The position numbers and the translations under genes are program-made. A stretch of 41,731 nucleotides of DNA from Dehalococcoidia bacterium (GTDB lineage: Bacteria > Chloroflexota > Dehalococcoidia > Lucifugimonadales > UBA3495), in contig JAJEDS010000210.1 of NCBI GenBank assembly GCA_022821365.1, positions 1 to 41,731 of the forward strand, given 5' to 3'. Under the pieces are notes generated by a model. That model ran no database searches and was not told the origin of the DNA. It saw only the letters and a list, made by a program, of their open reading frames with translations. How positions within the stretch are numbered: position 1 is the first letter of the stretch; every line of letters starts with the position of its first letter. Shown here piece after piece: positions 25,616-34,186 of the stretch.

Positions 25616-25632
25616 TAAATTAGCGAGGCGAG

Positions 25633-26223
25633 ATGATTGATACCGCAGATATGCTCAGGGCCTTTGCCCCCCACCGGGGCAACTCCATCGTCATCCCCGG
25701 CCGCGGCGGGCGGCACTGGACCCAGATTAGCGACCAGCCCAACCGGGACCTGCCCGTGGGCGATCCGGCCATGGGCGGCCATGCCTCCTTCGGCCTGGGC
25801 GTGGCGTTGTCGCTGCCTGACGAGCGGGTGATTCTCTTTGACTCCGAGGGGGACGTGCTGATGAACATGGGCGCCCTGCCTACCATCGCCGAGAAGGCCC
25901 CGAAGAATTTCTACCACTTTATGCTGGACAACGAATGCTACGCCACCACCGGCGGCCAGCCGGTGCCCAATGCCAAGAGCATCGAATACGACGTTATCGC
26001 CAGGGGGTCGGGCTACCCGGCTACCTACGCCTTCGACAACCTGGAGGACTTCGCCAGCAGCATTGAGGAAATCCTGGGCCAGCCTGGCCCGGTTTTCGTG
26101 GCCCTGAAGGTGGAGCCGGAGGTGGAAAACACCCCCATCGGCGCCCGCGTCCGCTGGCAAACCCGCTCCCGCACCCAGGTTATTGACGACTTGAAGGTGG
26201 AGTTGGGGGTTGAAGGGCCGTAG
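25633..26223 (+). CDS. split TPP-dependent decarboxylase beta subunit, ComE-like, paralog 2 (non-canonical TPP motif)
   Basis: 196 aa. FDSEGDVLMN...FMLDNECY aligns with LDGDGSLLMN...VWDNEQW of paralog 1, so GDG is replaced by SEG. Confidence 0.65.
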   Translation: MIDTADMLRAFAPHRGNSIVIPGRGGRHWTQISDQPNRDLPVGDPAMGGHASFGLGVALSLPDERVILFDSEGDVLMNMGALPTIAEKAPKNFYHFMLDNECYATTGGQPVPNAKSIEYDVIARGSGYPATYAFDNLEDFASSIEEILGQPGPVFVALKVEPEVENTPIGARVRWQTRSRTQVIDDLKVELGVEGP

Positions 26224-26285
26224 GCAGTGCAGTCTCTCGAGACACAATAAGCCTTGGGGTACGCAGGTGGGAGTATGTGAAAGGC

Positions 26286-26846
26286 ATGAGCAGTTATTCT
26301 GACCCAAACCGCTTCAGTGAGCGGGTGGCAGTATATATCGACGGGAGCAATCTCTATCACTCACTTCAAAGTTTCCATCAAAGGACCAACTTGGATTACG
26401 GCAGATTCGCATCAAAACTATCTGAGGGACGTCGGCTTATAAGGACTTACCACTACGGTGCACAATTAGACCAAAGCAAACAACCGGAAGAATATCGAAG
26501 GCAACAAACCTTTTTATACAACCTTCAGAGGATTCCTCGTTTCGAACTAAGGTTAGGGCGGCTTGTTTATCCCCCTGCTTATCCGAACGCTCCAACATAC
26601 GAAAAAGGAGTCGATGTCAAACTAGCTACCGATATGCTACTCCATGCGTCTCGCGAGAATTATGACGTAGCCATCCTGGTTAGTGGCGACACGGACTTTG
26701 TCGATGTTGTTCAAGGTGTAAAGGACTTAGGAAAGAATGTCGAGATAGCTCTGTTTGATCCGAGAGGTTCACGAGAACTAAGGAGTGTGGCGGACGACGT
26801 GATTGAGATTACTTCCACTTATCTGGCAGACTGTTGGTTGCAATAA
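26286..26846 (+). CDS. NYN-domain (LabA/DUF88-like, PIN-like) protein
   Basis: VAVYIDGSNLY...GVDVKLATDM...ILVSGDTDFV pattern of NYN/LabA nucleases. AT-richer. ATG 26286 preferred over GTG 26277 because of GGTGGGAG spacing. Confidence 0.7.
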   Translation: MSSYSDPNRFSERVAVYIDGSNLYHSLQSFHQRTNLDYGRFASKLSEGRRLIRTYHYGAQLDQSKQPEEYRRQQTFLYNLQRIPRFELRLGRLVYPPAYPNAPTYEKGVDVKLATDMLLHASRENYDVAILVSGDTDFVDVVQGVKDLGKNVEIALFDPRGSRELRSVADDVIEITSTYLADCWLQ

Positions 26847-26850
26847 AATT

Positions 26851-26870
26851 GAGGGACGCTAGCGTCCCTC
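26851..26870. terminator. perfect 20-bp palindrome GAGGGACGCTAGCGTCCCTC flanked by A/T runs
   Basis: Sits 5 nt after the NYN stop. Flanked by AAAATT on the left and AAAAAT on the right. Confidence 0.55.
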
Positions 26871-26885
26871 AAAAATCTCCGTTAA

Positions 26886-26948
26886 CCCAAGGTTGACCAG
26901 CAACCCTGGGGGGGTCATTTAGCCTAAGGTTGACCAGCAACCCTAGGG
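26886..26948. repeat. two direct copies (37-bp period) of a palindromic site AAGGTTGACCAGCAACCCT
   Basis: The 19-bp core is identical at 26889-26907 and 26926-26944. Each copy is an imperfect inverted repeat (CCAAGGTTG-ACCAG-CAACCCTGG). Confidence 0.85.
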
Positions 26949-27114
26949 TGATAAGTTAGGTCTAATATACTACCAAAGAACATAATTGTCAATTTCAGCC
27001 GCGGGCGGATTGCTGTATCTGTTAATCCAATCCGATTTCGTTACCCGCTAGATTAAGAATTGTTTCTTGCCAATGAATCTGAGAATAGACCACCTCCCGC
27101 CCCACCCCCCAACT

Positions 27115-27144
27115 TTGACACCCCAACTCCCCTACCGCTATACT
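27115..27144 (+). promoter_or_regulatory. candidate sigma70 promoter of glyA
   Basis: TTGACA (27115-27120), 18-nt spacer, TATACT (27139-27144). Leaves a leader of about 115 nt. Confidence 0.5.
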
Positions 27145-27263
27145 GAACCTGTGGCTTGGCCGCGGCGCGGCAGCGGCGGGGTGGAGTGGTTCTGGTAGCC
27201 ATCTCCCCCGGTTGCCCCGGTGGCCCGGCTTTTTATTTGCTTGAAAAAAGGCAGGCTTTTGAT

Positions 27264-28508
27264 ATGTCCCTTCTCGCCCAGCAAGACCCCGACGTCTTTC
27301 GCGCCATTGAGATGGAGGACGCCCGCCAGCGCGACTGCGTTGTCCTCATCGCCTCCGAAAACTACGCCAGCAAGGCGGTGCTGGAAGCCCAGACCAGCGT
27401 GATGAACAACAAGTACGCCGAGGGCTACCCCGGCCGCCGCTACTACGGCGGCTGCGAACACGTGGACGTGGTGGAGTCGCTGGCCATTGACCGGGCCAAG
27501 GAGTTGTTCGGCGCCGAACACGCCAACGTCCAGCCCCACAGCGGGGCCCAGGCCAACATGGCCGTCTACTTCGCCCTGCTGGAGCCGGGCGACACGGTAA
27601 TGGGCATGGAACTGTCCCACGGCGGCCACCTGACCCACGGCGCCAACGTCAACTTCTCGGGCAAGCTGTACAACTTCGTCCCCTACGGCGTGGACAAGGA
27701 CAGCGAGCATATCGACTACGACGAGGTAGAACGGCTGGCGAAGGAACACCAGCCCAAGCTGATCGTGGCGGGTTGCAGCGCCTACGCCAAGATACTGGAC
27801 TTTCCCCGTTTCCGGGCCATTGCCGACGAGGTGGGCGCCTACCTGATGGTGGATATGGCCCACATCGCCGGACTGATCGCCGGTGGAGCGCATCCTTCGC
27901 CCTTCCCCCACGCCCACGTGGTAACCTCCACCACTCAGAAGAGCCTGCGTGGCCCCCGGGGCGGTTTCATCCTGTCCACCGCCGACCTGGCCCGCAAGAT
28001 CGACTTTGCCGTCTTCCCCTATATGCAGGGGGGGCCGCTGATGCACATCATAGCCGCCAAGGCCGTGTGCTTCGGCGAGGCGCTGCGGCCCGAGTTCGCC
28101 CGCTACGCCCAGCAGGTGGTGGCCAACGCCGCCACCATGGCCACCGAGGTTTCCGAGGCGGGACTCAGGTTGGTGTCGGGCGGCACCGAGAATCACCTTA
28201 TCCTGGTGGACCTGACGCCCATGGACATTACCGGACAGCAGGCCGAGACGGCGCTGGAGTCGGTGGGAATCATCACCAACAAGAACGCCATCCCCTTCGA
28301 CCCCAGGCCGCCCCGGGTGGCCAGCGGAATGCGCCTGGGCACCCCGGCCATTACCAGCCGGGGCTTCGGCGAGGCCGAGACTCAAGAGGTCTCCCGCCTC
28401 ATTTCCCAGGTTCTGAACAACATGGGCGACGACCAGGTGATGAAGCAGGTAAAGGGTGCGGTCAAGGAGCTTACCTCCACTTTCCCCGTTCCGGGGCTGG
28501 ATTCCTAG
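27264..28508 (+). CDS. glyA: serine hydroxymethyltransferase
   Basis: ASENY, YYGGCE and [16 protein letters not shown] (PLP-Lys motif). Start ATG 27264 (414 aa). Confidence 0.93.
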   Translation: MSLLAQQDPDVFRAIEMEDARQRDCVVLIASENYASKAVLEAQTSVMNNKYAEGYPGRRYYGGCEHVDVVESLAIDRAKELFGAEHANVQPHSGAQANMAVYFALLEPGDTVMGMELSHGGHLTHGANVNFSGKLYNFVPYGVDKDSEHIDYDEVERLAKEHQPKLIVAGCSAYAKILDFPRFRAIADEVGAYLMVDMAHIAGLIAGGAHPSPFPHAHVVTSTTQKSLRGPRGGFILSTADLARKIDFAVFPYMQGGPLMHIIAAKAVCFGEALRPEFARYAQQVVANAATMATEVSEAGLRLVSGGTENHLILVDLTPMDITGQQAETALESVGIITNKNAIPFDPRPPRVASGMRLGTPAITSRGFGEAETQEVSRLISQVLNNMGDDQVMKQVKGAVKELTSTFPVPGLDS

Positions 28509-28537
28509 TTGAGCGGTCAACCCGCCAATGTTATAAT
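28509..28537 (+). promoter_or_regulatory. candidate promoter of rpsF-ssb-rpsR
   Basis: TTGAGC (28509-28514), 17-nt spacer, TATAAT (28532-28537). Confidence 0.5.
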
Positions 28538-28578
28538 CGCCCAACAGTTTAGAGTGGGCCCAAAGTCAGGAGTGTTTT

Positions 28579-29208
28579 TTGCGTCATTACGAGCTTGTTA
28601 CCATCCTCAGCCCCATGCTCAGCCAGGACCAGGCTAACGAGGCATTCGGGCAGATTAACGCCTTTATCACGAACCGCGACGGGGACATCTTCCAGGAACA
28701 GCCCTGGGGCACCCGTCGGTTGGCTTACCCCATTCACCAGGGTTCGTACCACTTCCTGGAAGGCAACTACCGCCTGATCCGTTTCTCCACGGAAAGGCCC
28801 TTCAACCAGGCCCTGGAGAATTACCTGCGCATGGACGAAAGGGTGCTGCGCTCGCTGGTAATTTCCATCCCTGACCGGGAGATTCTGCCCGATCCGGTGG
28901 CTGCCAGGCCCGCGCCTGCCGCGGCGGCCGCAACAGCGCCCGCGACCGAGGGCGGGGAAGCCCCCGCCGAAGCCGCCGAGGCCAGCCCTGAGGCAACTGC
29001 TGAAGCTGCACCGGAGGCAGCCGTAGCGAGTGAAGCCGCGGAAGCCCCTGCGGAGGCCGCGGCGCCTGAGGCAGAGGCCACCGCCGAGGCGGAGACGGAG
29101 ACCGCAGCCGAGGCCCCCGCTGATGAAGCGGAAGAAAGCCCCGCCGCCGAGGCTGAAGCGCCCGCCGAGGCAGGCGACACTCCAGAAGAACAACAGTCCG
29201 AGGCTTAA
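28579..29208 (+). CDS. rpsF: 30S ribosomal protein S6 with about 110-aa Ala/Glu/Pro-rich C-terminal extension
   Basis: MRHYELVTIL...WGTRRLAYPI core. TTG start after AGGAG. Low-complexity tail from about residue 100. Confidence 0.9.
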   Translation: MRHYELVTILSPMLSQDQANEAFGQINAFITNRDGDIFQEQPWGTRRLAYPIHQGSYHFLEGNYRLIRFSTERPFNQALENYLRMDERVLRSLVISIPDREILPDPVAARPAPAAAAATAPATEGGEAPAEAAEASPEATAEAAPEAAVASEAAEAPAEAAAPEAEATAEAETETAAEAPADEAEESPAAEAEAPAEAGDTPEEQQSEA

Positions 29209-29219
29209 GGCAGTTCACC

Positions 29220-29705
29220 TTGCATAAAGTAATTATCATAGGGAATCTAGGCCGCGACCCTGAAATGCGTTACACCCCCAGCGGACAGGGGGTAACTTCG
29301 TTTACTGTGGCTTCTAACCGGCGTTACCGCACGGCCGACGGTGAACAGCGTGAAGAGACCATGTGGTTCAACGTCAATGCGTGGGGACGGCAAGCAGAGG
29401 TTTGCAACCAGTACCTGACCCGTGGCAGCCAAGTTTACGTGGAAGGTAGGCTGAGCACTCGCATTTACACTGGCAATGACGGGCAACCACGGATTTCGAA
29501 TGATGTAAGTGTGACAGACGTGCAATTTTTGGGTTCCCGCGGCGGCGGGATGGATGAAGACCGATCCCCCTACGGCGGAGATATGGGGCGGGGAGGAATG
29601 GAAGAAAACAACCCCGGCGGTTACGGCGGGGGCATGGGCGGTGGTCGCGGCATGGGCGGCGGCTACGGCAACCAGTCAGATGATATTGACGATTTGCCCT
29701 TCTAG
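29220..29705 (+). CDS. ssb: single-stranded DNA-binding protein
   Basis: OB fold (VIIIGNLGRDPEMRYTPSG...WFNVNAWG), Gly-rich linker, C-terminal DDIDDLPF tip. TTG start. Confidence 0.93.
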   Translation: MHKVIIIGNLGRDPEMRYTPSGQGVTSFTVASNRRYRTADGEQREETMWFNVNAWGRQAEVCNQYLTRGSQVYVEGRLSTRIYTGNDGQPRISNDVSVTDVQFLGSRGGGMDEDRSPYGGDMGRGGMEENNPGGYGGGMGGGRGMGGGYGNQSDDIDDLPF

Positions 29706-29780
29706 CCCGGCGCTGTAATCCAGGCCTGGCAACACTACCGAACAAAAGGGCCCGAACGATAGCGAAGGAAGTGTAGCAGA

Positions 29781-30197
29781 ATGACGACACCCGCACCGGC
29801 AACACCCACAGCCCCGGCGCAACCCGCCCAGGACAGGCCCGCTCCCGCTCCGGGAGGCCCGGGTCAGGGACCACGCCCGGGAGGCCCTGGCGGCTACCAG
29901 CAGCGCGGCCCCCGCCCGCAGGGTGGCCCCCGCCCCGGCGGACGTCCCCGGGGACGCTACGCCCCGCGCCGTCGGGTGTGTTCCTTCTGCGTGGAGCACG
30001 TCAAGCACATTGACTACAAGGACTACGAGCGCCTGCGCCGCTACGTTTCGGACCGTGCCAAGATTGAGCCCCGCCGCAAGAGCGGTGTGTGTGCCAAGCA
30101 CCAGCGGGCCCTTAGCACCGCCATCAAGCGGGCCCGGCACCTGGCCCTGCTGCCCTTCGTTCCCATGCAGACCATGCGCAGCGGCATTCGCCGCTAA
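29781..30197 (+). CDS. rpsR: 30S ribosomal protein S18 with about 60-aa Pro/Gly-rich N-terminal extension
   Basis: [52 protein letters not shown]. Confidence 0.9.
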   Translation: MTTPAPATPTAPAQPAQDRPAPAPGGPGQGPRPGGPGGYQQRGPRPQGGPRPGGRPRGRYAPRRRVCSFCVEHVKHIDYKDYERLRRYVSDRAKIEPRRKSGVCAKHQRALSTAIKRARHLALLPFVPMQTMRSGIRR

Positions 30198-30233
30198 CCC
30201 CCTGAACCGTGTCCGGTTATTTCCTGTAAGTCG

Positions 30234-30267
30234 GCTGAGCTTTCCCTTTGGAAAGCTCGGCTTTTGT
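30234..30267 (+). terminator. rho-independent terminator after rpsR
   Basis: About 12-bp stem GCTGAGCTTTCC/GGAAAGCTCGGC with loop CTTT, followed by TTTTGTT. Confidence 0.8.
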
Positions 30268-30350
30268 TAGATAATGGAGCCTGCTTTCCGGGCCCGTGCG
30301 TATAGCCCGGTGAGCAGGCAAAATCCACCGGATTCCCCCAGAGGTCAAGG

Positions 30351-31586
30351 ATGGTGTTTCCCCGGTCTCCCGAAGAATCAATACCCCAGGCGCCTCCCGA
30401 CCGCAGGCGCAGGCGACGCCGGCAAACGTCGGAAGACGCCCAAAGGCAATCGGAGCGCCGAGCACGGGACCGGCGCCGGCAGAGAATTGCCATTGGCATA
30501 GGCGTGGCCCTGATCCTGGTGGTTATGGGCATCGTGGGCGTGGGTTACTACCTGGAGTTCTTCCGCCCGCCCCGAGAACTGGCGGGCCAGGTGCGGGATG
30601 TTCGCTTTACCATGGGCGACCTGGTGGACCGCATCCGCGTGCTGCAGGGCATTAACCGCTACCAGGGAGGGCGGGTTGACCTGAGCACCGTGCCTTTCGA
30701 GTACCTGCAGGACATGATCCAGGCGGAAATCGTCCGGCAGGCAGCCCCGGGCCTGGGTTTCAGCGTTACCGACGAGGACATTGACCAGGAACTGCGCCGC
30801 CGCTTCCGGCCGGTCCAGAACCCCAACGAACTGGTGGACGAGGGGCAGCTGGACCAGGAGTACGAAAACGCCCTGACCACCTTCCTTACGTCAACAAAAC
30901 TGTCCGAGGATGAATACCGCCGCCTGGTGGAGGAGGAACTGCTGCGCCAGCAGCTTTCCCTGCTGATAGACACGGGCATTCCCGCGGAAATTGAGCAGGT
31001 GGAAGTAGCGTGGATGCGCATGGAGCAGGACGGCCCGGCCGACCCCCAGGAGGTGCGTAACCGCCTGGTGCGCGAGGACTTCGGAGTGGTTGCCGCAGAG
31101 GTCGGCACTCCTGACGGCTTCACCAACCAGGAGGGCTACGTGGGCTGGGTGCCCCAGGGCGCCTTCCCCGATCTTGACGACATCCTGTTTGGCAACCCTG
31201 AACGAAATCGTGAAGCCCTGCCGGAAGGGGAAATCAGCGACCCCTACTTCTCCCAGGACGGGGTGTATATCATTCACAAGATTTCGGGGCCCGAGGTGCG
31301 GCCCCTGCGGGGCTTCCAGCACCTGGCGGATATTGACGAGGAAACCTTCAACAGCATGTCGGCCGAGGAGCGGGCGAACCTGCGACGGGAATTGACCATC
31401 AGGAACAAGCTGGCTCAACAGAGAACGGAAGAATGGTTTGAAGACCAGGTCTCCCGGGGCTCCGACGAAGACTGGCTCACCATCAACTTCAACAGCGAAG
31501 TGTATGCCTGGGTTGCCGACCAGGTGCAATTGTCGGCCCCGCGTATCCCCCAGGGCCCGCCGGTGGGCGGCCCCGGCTTCCCCTAA
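30351..31586 (+). CDS. membrane-anchored SurA/PpiD-like chaperone with parvulin-type PPIase-like C-terminal region
   Basis: Arg-rich N-terminus and one TM helix (IAIGIGVALILVVMGIVGVGYY). SurA_N-like segment, then GYVGWVP.G.FP.....F......GEIS.P....DGVYIIHKI. Confidence 0.55.
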   Translation: MVFPRSPEESIPQAPPDRRRRRRRQTSEDAQRQSERRARDRRRQRIAIGIGVALILVVMGIVGVGYYLEFFRPPRELAGQVRDVRFTMGDLVDRIRVLQGINRYQGGRVDLSTVPFEYLQDMIQAEIVRQAAPGLGFSVTDEDIDQELRRRFRPVQNPNELVDEGQLDQEYENALTTFLTSTKLSEDEYRRLVEEELLRQQLSLLIDTGIPAEIEQVEVAWMRMEQDGPADPQEVRNRLVREDFGVVAAEVGTPDGFTNQEGYVGWVPQGAFPDLDDILFGNPERNREALPEGEISDPYFSQDGVYIIHKISGPEVRPLRGFQHLADIDEETFNSMSAEERANLRRELTIRNKLAQQRTEEWFEDQVSRGSDEDWLTINFNSEVYAWVADQVQLSAPRIPQGPPVGGPGFP

Positions 31587-31670
31587 GACGATTTTTCAAC
31601 GATCCCTTCCCCCTTGATGGGGGAAGGGACTATAGTAGACCCGGTCACCCGATAACCCCCAAGACGATTT
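31585..31670. mobile_element. 66-bp hairpin-bearing insert flanked by 10-bp direct repeats AAGACGATTT (MITE/REP-like insertion with putative target-site duplication)
   Basis: AAGACGATTT at 31585-31594 and 31661-31670. The insert carries an 11-bp-stem hairpin TCCCTTCCCCC-TTGAT-GGGGGAAGGGA (31603-31629). Sits between the upstream stop and the hom ATG. Confidence 0.55.
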
Positions 31671-32978
31671 ATGAGTGATTTATCAGACAACATACCAGTC
31701 AACATCGGCCTGCTGGGCCTGGGCGTAGTAGGCGGCGGCGTGGCCGCGGCCCTGCTGGAACAGCCCGAAGACATTTCCGCCCAGACGGGCCGCCCGGTCA
31801 ACCTGAAAAAGGTCCTGGTCCGCGACGCTGCCAGGCCGAGGGACGTCCAACTTCCTGACGGACTCATCACCACCAACCCCGAGGACATCCTGGCCGACCC
31901 GGATATTTCCCTGGTGGTGGAGGTTATCGGCGGGGAGAGTCCCGCCGCCCAGTACCTGCAGGACGCCCTGAAGGCGGGCAAGCATGTGGTTACCGCCAAC
32001 AAGGAGGTTATGGCCAAGCGGGGGCCGGAACTTCTCTCCCTGGCCCAGAGGCACAACGTCAACCTGCTGTACGAGGCCAGCGTGGGCGGCGGCATTCCCA
32101 TCATCGGGTGCCTGGTCAAGGAACTGGCCGCCAACCGGTTCCGCTCCGTCCGCAGCATTATCAACGGCACCACCAACTACATCCTGACCCGCATGGCCAA
32201 CGACCACACCGGCTTTGCCCTGGCCCTGTCCGAAGCCCAGGAGCAGGGCTACGCCGAGGCCGACCCCACCAACGACATTGAGGGCTACGACGCCGTCTAC
32301 AAGCTGTCCATCCTGGCCGGCCTGGCCTTCCACCGCCGCGTGCCCCCGGAGAGCATCCACCGGGAGGGCATAACCCGCCTGCAACCCCAGGACTTCCGCT
32401 ACGCCCACGAACTGGGCTACGCCATCAAGTCCCTGGCCATCGCCACCATGGAAGAGGGAGGCATCCAGGCGCGGGTGTATCCGGCCCTGGTTCCCCAGGA
32501 TAATATGTTAGCCAAGGTAGATGGGGTGTATAATGCGGTGGAAGTGGAGGGCAGCCTGTGCGGCCGGGTGCTGATCCACGGAAGGGGCGCCGGTCGCGGT
32601 CCCACCACCAGCGCCGTGGTGGGAGACCTGATCGAAATTGCCCGCAACCTGGGCGCCGGTTCCACTCCCCTGCCTTCGATAACGCCGGAGGACGCGGGCG
32701 GCATCCGTTCCATTGACGACCTGGAGTGCCAGTACTTCCTGCGGCTCAATATCGCCGACCGGCCCGGGGTGCTGGCCCAGATTGCCCGCATCCTGGGCGA
32801 GCAGAACATCAGCATCGCGTCGGTGCTGCAGAAGGACGCCAACCCGGAGGCCCAGACGGCGGAGATCGTCATCACCACCCACCCGGCCCGGGAACTGTGG
32901 GTACAGAAGGCCCTGGAACTGGCGGCAAACCTGGAGGTTGTGCAGGAAATCAACAGCCTGCTGCGGATTGAGGACTAG
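31671..32978 (+). CDS. hom: homoserine dehydrogenase
   Basis: NIGLLGLGVVGGGV Rossmann motif, central Hom domain, C-terminal ACT domain (LRLNIADRPGVLAQIARILG). Confidence 0.92.
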   Translation: MSDLSDNIPVNIGLLGLGVVGGGVAAALLEQPEDISAQTGRPVNLKKVLVRDAARPRDVQLPDGLITTNPEDILADPDISLVVEVIGGESPAAQYLQDALKAGKHVVTANKEVMAKRGPELLSLAQRHNVNLLYEASVGGGIPIIGCLVKELAANRFRSVRSIINGTTNYILTRMANDHTGFALALSEAQEQGYAEADPTNDIEGYDAVYKLSILAGLAFHRRVPPESIHREGITRLQPQDFRYAHELGYAIKSLAIATMEEGGIQARVYPALVPQDNMLAKVDGVYNAVEVEGSLCGRVLIHGRGAGRGPTTSAVVGDLIEIARNLGAGSTPLPSITPEDAGGIRSIDDLECQYFLRLNIADRPGVLAQIARILGEQNISIASVLQKDANPEAQTAEIVITTHPARELWVQKALELAANLEVVQEINSLLRIED

Positions 32979-32993
32979 GGTCGCATTCTTGTT

Positions 32994-33077
32994 TTCCACG
33001 AATACCCACGAATTGCCATGAAAGGCTGATGAGGGCAAGGGAAATATTGGTGAATGTTCGCGCTTATTCGTGGATAA
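32994..33077. repeat. CACGAA-heptad inverted-repeat element (family A) between hom and thrC
   Basis: Left arm TTCCACGAATACCCACGAAT. Right arm GTTCGCGCTTATTCGTGGAT is its imperfect reverse complement. The right inner segment TATTGGTGAATGTTCG is shared with the element at 40921-41087. Confidence 0.75.
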
Positions 33078-33101
33078 ACCACTAAGGGTGCTTGCAATAG
33101 C

Positions 33102-34163
33102 ATGGGAATCGGCGTACTGAAAAAATATGGAGAGTTCCTGCCTCTGAATGAGGATACGCCCATTTTTTCCCTGGGTGAGGGGGATACGCCTCTGGTCAAG
33201 TCCAACCACCTGGGCAAGGAACTGGGGTGTAAGGAACTGTACTTCAAGCTGGAGGGGTGCAATCCCACCGGCTCCTTCAAGGACCGGGGCATGGTGGTAG
33301 CCATCGCCAAGGCCGTTGAGGAGGGCGCGGTGGGCATTATGTGCGCTTCCACCGGCAACACCAGCGCCTCGGCGGCGGCCTACAGCGCGTACCTCGACCT
33401 CAAGGCCTTCGTCCTGATTCCCAAGGGGGAGGTGGCGCTGGGCAAACTCGCCCAGGCTATGGCCTACGGCGCCAGGATAATAATGGTGGACGGCAACTTC
33501 GATGCCGCCCTCAGCCTTGTCCGCGAGTTCACCCGCAACCACCCCATCACCCTGGTCAACTCCGTTAACCCCCACCGAATTGAAGGTCAAAAGACCGCCG
33601 CCTTCGAGGTAGCCGACGTTCTCGGCGACGCCCCCGACTACCTTTTCATCCCGGTGGGCAACGCCGGCAACATCACCGCCTACTGGAAGGGCTTCGTCGA
33701 ATACAACAAGCTGGAACGCACCCGCACCCTGCCCAGGATGATGGGCTTCCAGGCCGCCGGCGCCGCGCCCATCGTCCACGGCCATCCCATCAACAACCCC
33801 CAGACCATCGCTTCGGCCATCCGCATCGGCAACCCGGCCAGCTGGCAACAGGCCTTGGATGCGCGGGACGAGTCCGGCGGTACCATCGACATGGTCAGCG
33901 ACGACGAAATACTGGAGGCCTACCGGCTGTTGGCATCCCGGGAAGGGCTGTTCGGGGAACCGGCGTCGGCGGCCTCGGTGGCGGGGTTGATCAAGCAGGT
34001 GCGGCAGGGGTTGAATCTGGCCGACCAGCGTGTAGTATGTATCATAACCGGGTCGGGCCTGAAGGACCCGGACCTGGCGGTAAGCAGCGTAACGGCCCAG
34101 ACCATAGAGGTAGAACCGACCATGGAAGCGGTGGAGGCGGCAGCCCTGGCTACCGCGGGGTAG
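33102..34163 (+). CDS. thrC: threonine synthase
   Basis: LGEGDTPL and [10 protein letters not shown] (PLP-Lys), 353 aa. Confidence 0.92.
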   Translation: MGIGVLKKYGEFLPLNEDTPIFSLGEGDTPLVKSNHLGKELGCKELYFKLEGCNPTGSFKDRGMVVAIAKAVEEGAVGIMCASTGNTSASAAAYSAYLDLKAFVLIPKGEVALGKLAQAMAYGARIIMVDGNFDAALSLVREFTRNHPITLVNSVNPHRIEGQKTAAFEVADVLGDAPDYLFIPVGNAGNITAYWKGFVEYNKLERTRTLPRMMGFQAAGAAPIVHGHPINNPQTIASAIRIGNPASWQQALDARDESGGTIDMVSDDEILEAYRLLASREGLFGEPASAASVAGLIKQVRQGLNLADQRVVCIITGSGLKDPDLAVSSVTAQTIEVEPTMEAVEAAALATAG

Positions 34164-34186
34164 CGTACCCGGATTTCTCCCAGAGG

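Noticed and set aside
27145-27263. Possible ZTP (pfl) or THF riboswitch, or a terminator-attenuator, in the about 115-nt glyA leader
   Set aside because: I could not find the conserved ZTP 3' element (CCGCCTGGGC-like) or the THF core. The hairpin before the TTTTTATTT run has only about 4 bp. Left unannotated; a covariance-model scan would settle it.
33026-33044. CTGATGAG...GAAA inside the hom-thrC IR element resembles the hammerhead ribozyme core
   Set aside because: The segment between the two boxes (GGGCAAGG) cannot form stem II, and no matching stem I/III or cleavage-site context is present. Judged a chance match.
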